A stretch of DNA of 64,000 nucleotides from Promethearchaeota archaeon (GTDB lineage Archaea; Asgardarchaeota; Lokiarchaeia; Sigyniarchaeales; SOKP01), in assembly GCA_019058295.1 (NCBI GenBank), contig JAHPZI010000021.1, positions 128,001 through 192,000 on the forward strand, given 5' to 3'. A program made the translations under genes and the position numbers. Below, in pieces: positions 62,001 through 64,000 of the stretch; positions within the stretch are counted from its first letter, which is position 1; every line of letters starts with the position of its first letter. The notes below the pieces were generated by a model, which ran no database searches, was not told the origin of the DNA, and saw only the letters and a list, made by a program, of their open reading frames with translations.

Positions 62001-63469
62001 TTTTATTATATACAGATCATTATTATAAAAACAAGGAATTAAAGAATTATATTGACAATAAATTATTAAAATTAGTACGAGAGAGAATAGGGAAAATACT
62101 TGCCTTGTATGACTCCAGCATAAGAAAAAGAACATTAAGCGTAAATATATTAGAACTTCAAAATCGAATTAACGAGTTGAATTTTGAAGAAATTGTTCGA
62201 GAGCAATTTAAGCAAAAAGTCACGGAACTCCAAATCGATCAAACGCGAATGGAATTTATTGAGACTAAAAACTATTTTGAAGGTGTTTTAGAAAATAACA
62301 TATTTGCAATAAATAAAATAAGAAGCAACCTTGAATTGTTTATTAATAAGCAAAATTTTATAACACAGGAATTTAATGATTTGGAAACAGAGTTGAAGGC
62401 ACAAAATTCAAAGATTTTCAAAGATATTGAGAAATCACATGGAGAATCGTATATTAAAATTAAGGAAAGCTTTGAAAATGAATGGAGAAAACTAGGAAAT
62501 AAATTTGATCAAACTCAGCAAAGAATTGAAGAAGACTTAAAATCATCGTTAAGCAATATTAACGATTCAAATAAAATGGGACTTGAACTTAGTGAATATT
62601 TTGTTAAGAAAAAAAGTGAGTTTTTAAAAGATTATAAAGATAAAAAAGAAAAAATTAGCACCGAAATAATTATTTTAAAAGATGAGGCTTTCCTTGGAAA
62701 ATTACTCAACTTCATTAACGAACGAAAGGTGCGTATAAGCCAAATGCTAGGAACACTCCAAATTAGAGTTGAAGAGGACATAGATGCACGAGAATTTAAG
62801 AGGGCCTCCTATAAGATAAATAAACGAGCAGACAATATCTATAAACATATAAAATTAATTAAAAAGAATATAAAGAATTTAACGAAAGAATTTAATAAAT
62901 ATTCCAAAGATTTTGAAACAAAAAGCAAATATATTTTAAAAGACTTTGAGAGGTTTCTCATCGAATATTATGAAGCTTTAACTGAAAAAATTAAAAGTTT
63001 AGAGCAATTAATAATTAAATCATATATATCAATGGCCATAAAAGCTGTGACTAATGAGTTTCTCACGCTTAGTTTTTTAGCCAATGAGCTCAAAATAAAA
63101 AAGCATAATCTGCAAGAACATTTGATTTTCCTAATAAGCAGTGGCGAGTTAAAAGGCAAATATGATCCGCGCTTGGGATTATATTATGAAAATCCTGATG
63201 TTTTAGATAAATTAGATGAGGACGAGTTAGAAGTTTTTAAGAAAATGAATTTCCGAGTTTATATGTTTTGGAAACGATTTAAAAGCTTTACTAGTTTATA
63301 CGGTCCAATTATTGGTTTTTTTGCGTCTTTATTAGCAATAACTTATTATATTTTTATATTTTCTGGTGGGAATCCCGTCACCTTTGCAATTCCTATTTTG
63401 TTTGTCTTAGTAATCGTTTTTTATTTCTTTTTCAAAAGGGGCAAAGAAGAAAAAGTTAAGCTTGAATGA
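59027..63469 (+). CDS. 1480-aa prenyltransferase-like repeat / winged-helix (PCI-like) / coiled-coil protein with a C-terminal TM pair
   Basis: PDIWSTYFALA, FQKENGGF; long heptad region; LSFLANELKI...LISSGELKGKYD; two terminal TM helices. Confidence 0.7.
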   Translation: MIKESFIFKEDLVEGKSLYPYVTIFKKEPFKSFFSVKRREIGRFYISNYDEVIKYYQFFKKKILNERIFNIENVYYFLLLRKYLKEDKKENKKELYDYIKKCIFTKGNDKLGFKFSPYSDQKEPDIWSTYFALASMKLLGVLKEFLASKGQKHVAREIKNFVLPHNKGDRFLHCFDENCEICKKTSSARTLYFALEILRLLGIDTRLSKDSFRSHLTDKKRDPSLVFKLLCFKLLDLDSNVNDKALQYLHQFQKENGGFSFKKIDGRINTTFWVVYALDIYSWLIDYNPIAIYSFINSKLNEILREDSHRNFIKMMELSKLIILLSIIWKKFISEIERVIFKKLEQDKYIDFNQIQAPLGLTHGINEVISYINHNYTFNLKLQDNTKEFLNFTRNLTQGQRMIVEDFYEQLSNNRDVSLSKIMKKYKVSNAFEHLKLKEDIFPLINKMIEKNFFKGKITKKGIRKKYYFHLDVLLKKIIISDTNIILAQLLNEKEKLKEIKNNIFNMILKLKNVSSQIKEEIESYLILNEIDLAKERLKYIIRDALMEADFLNENIENSFNEDLYYTNIQTVFNSEITRWNELYSILSKELKATELFLLKKITEKEDIRKFNNTIENLENKIFIFKESINRNIDEFRNNLREVSEKYSDTELSVVIQDFEKIRMNVSEFDKKFYEISQKIITEEPEIIQNRKKIINQWIEIKKELDDIFNYYSNGFTFFKENETKINDLKNTIIQDIELISEKTKLKTKESQFKEAFDFIKKEADNLLKTKTSEIKELQKIINKAIIPKQRLYLLYKELHNRLEDLEENLLTEIGQHVKSLKNKVVEERNRTKIEDFDNFVSQEIFNFKEIFNNYKKNIGQLSDKGVKDIINGFNDIQNKFNDVDRLYLKKLKKCNELIENFNEKSNLTIIQWDNFKKYFNHEIDILKEEYINEIITRKINSISNERKTNTIKVIELKKELGLKCNDLMSRIKEMIEISKLNAKLYDAEKCVLLYTDHYYKNKELKNYIDNKLLKLVRERIGKILALYDSSIRKRTLSVNILELQNRINELNFEEIVREQFKQKVTELQIDQTRMEFIETKNYFEGVLENNIFAINKIRSNLELFINKQNFITQEFNDLETELKAQNSKIFKDIEKSHGESYIKIKESFENEWRKLGNKFDQTQQRIEEDLKSSLSNINDSNKMGLELSEYFVKKKSEFLKDYKDKKEKISTEIIILKDEAFLGKLLNFINERKVRISQMLGTLQIRVEEDIDAREFKRASYKINKRADNIYKHIKLIKKNIKNLTKEFNKYSKDFETKSKYILKDFERFLIEYYEALTEKIKSLEQLIIKSYISMAIKAVTNEFLTLSFLANELKIKKHNLQEHLIFLISSGELKGKYDPRLGLYYENPDVLDKLDEDELEVFKKMNFRVYMFWKRFKSFTSLYGPIIGFFASLLAITYYIFIFSGGNPVTFAIPILFVLVIVFYFFFKRGKEEKVKLE

Positions 63470-63470
63470 A

Positions 63471-64000
63471 TCAATCGTAATCTTTAATAAATTGAATATA
63501 TTTAGGATGTTTCTTCAAATATCCTAAATGACAGGCTTGATTTAAGTGAGTATGAAATTTATTATCTTGTATATCTTCCTCTCGAGCGAGATCTTGGAAC
63601 TCTGAAAATTTCATTTTGCCATTTTCACTTAATTTAGCAATATTAATTAAAGTCTTAATATTCCTATTTAAATAACATTTTCTTTCTCTTGAAGTTAGTG
63701 TTTTTTTCCCTTTTAACTTTAAAATGTTTTTTCTTAATTTTGACTCATCTATTCTAATCAAATCTGCAACGAAGGATAATCCATAATTTTTAAGTTTCTT
63801 ATATTCTGAACTTTTTGCAAAGTTATCAATCTCTATAATAATTTCTTCAATTGAACGATCTGCCAAGACTTCTTTTTCCTTTTCTCGGCGTTCTTTAAAA
63901 TTGTTGATAATATCTAACTCTGAATAATTACTAACCTTAGGAGAAAACTTGATTTTTTCTCGCTTTAAGTTTTTATTTAATTCTAATTGTGTAGGTTGCA
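63471..64000 (-). CDS. Hypothetical protein (partial, runs off the window end; winged-helix-like C-terminus)
   Basis: Frame is open from the window end through track start 63866; ends FHTHLNQACHLGYLKK. Confidence 0.6.
   Translation of the reverse strand, partial: QPTQLELNKNLKREKIKFSPKVSNYSELDIINNFKERREKEKEVLADRSIEEIIIEIDNFAKSSEYKKLKNYGLSFVADLIRIDESKLRKNILKLKGKKTLTSRERKCYLNRNIKTLINIAKLSENGKMKFSEFQDLAREEDIQDNKFHTHLNQACHLGYLKKHPKYIQFIKDYD

Overview
A very AT-rich, gene-dense archaeal chromosome segment. Its content (many Roadblock/LC7 and longin-like domains, three small GTPases, two divergent TFB paralogues, Lrp/ArsR/TrmB regulators, a LysX/LysZ-type pair) points by inference to an Asgard archaeon of the Lokiarchaeia/Promethearchaeota type. 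Main blocks: (1) 1-8.2 kb, a divergent Roadblock/MglA-like GTPase signalling locus around a perfect 21-bp inverted-repeat promoter, containing an unannotated 41-aa Cys microprotein whose sequence recurs at the C-terminus of a HEAT-GNAT protein, followed by a PAS-pseudokinase-longin fusion; (2) a 7-PAS histidine kinase and receiver; (3) lysX/lysZ-like genes, TFB/Lrp/ArsR, an Arf-like GTPase and an M28 peptidase; (4) a back-to-back P3A H+-ATPase and H+-PPase; (5) TrmB, radical SAM, SCP2 and a four-subunit 2-hydroxyacyl-CoA dehydratase/benzoyl-CoA reductase-like operon; (6) a GC-richer katG; (7) an unusual ABC-2 operon with a prenyltransferase-repeat ectodomain-TM-ATPase fusion, an RWD/UBC-like pseudo-ATPase and a longin-TM protein; (8) two tandem 7TM-longin proteins followed by a Rab-like GTPase; (9) a GlcD/GlcF-like oxidoreductase pair, an aminotransferase and a 1480-aa prenyltransferase-repeat/winged-helix/coiled-coil membrane protein. 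At least seven genes appear to need ATT/ATA start codons. No rRNA, tRNA, CRISPR array or transposase was recognised. All domain calls are by eye from motifs; no searches were run.
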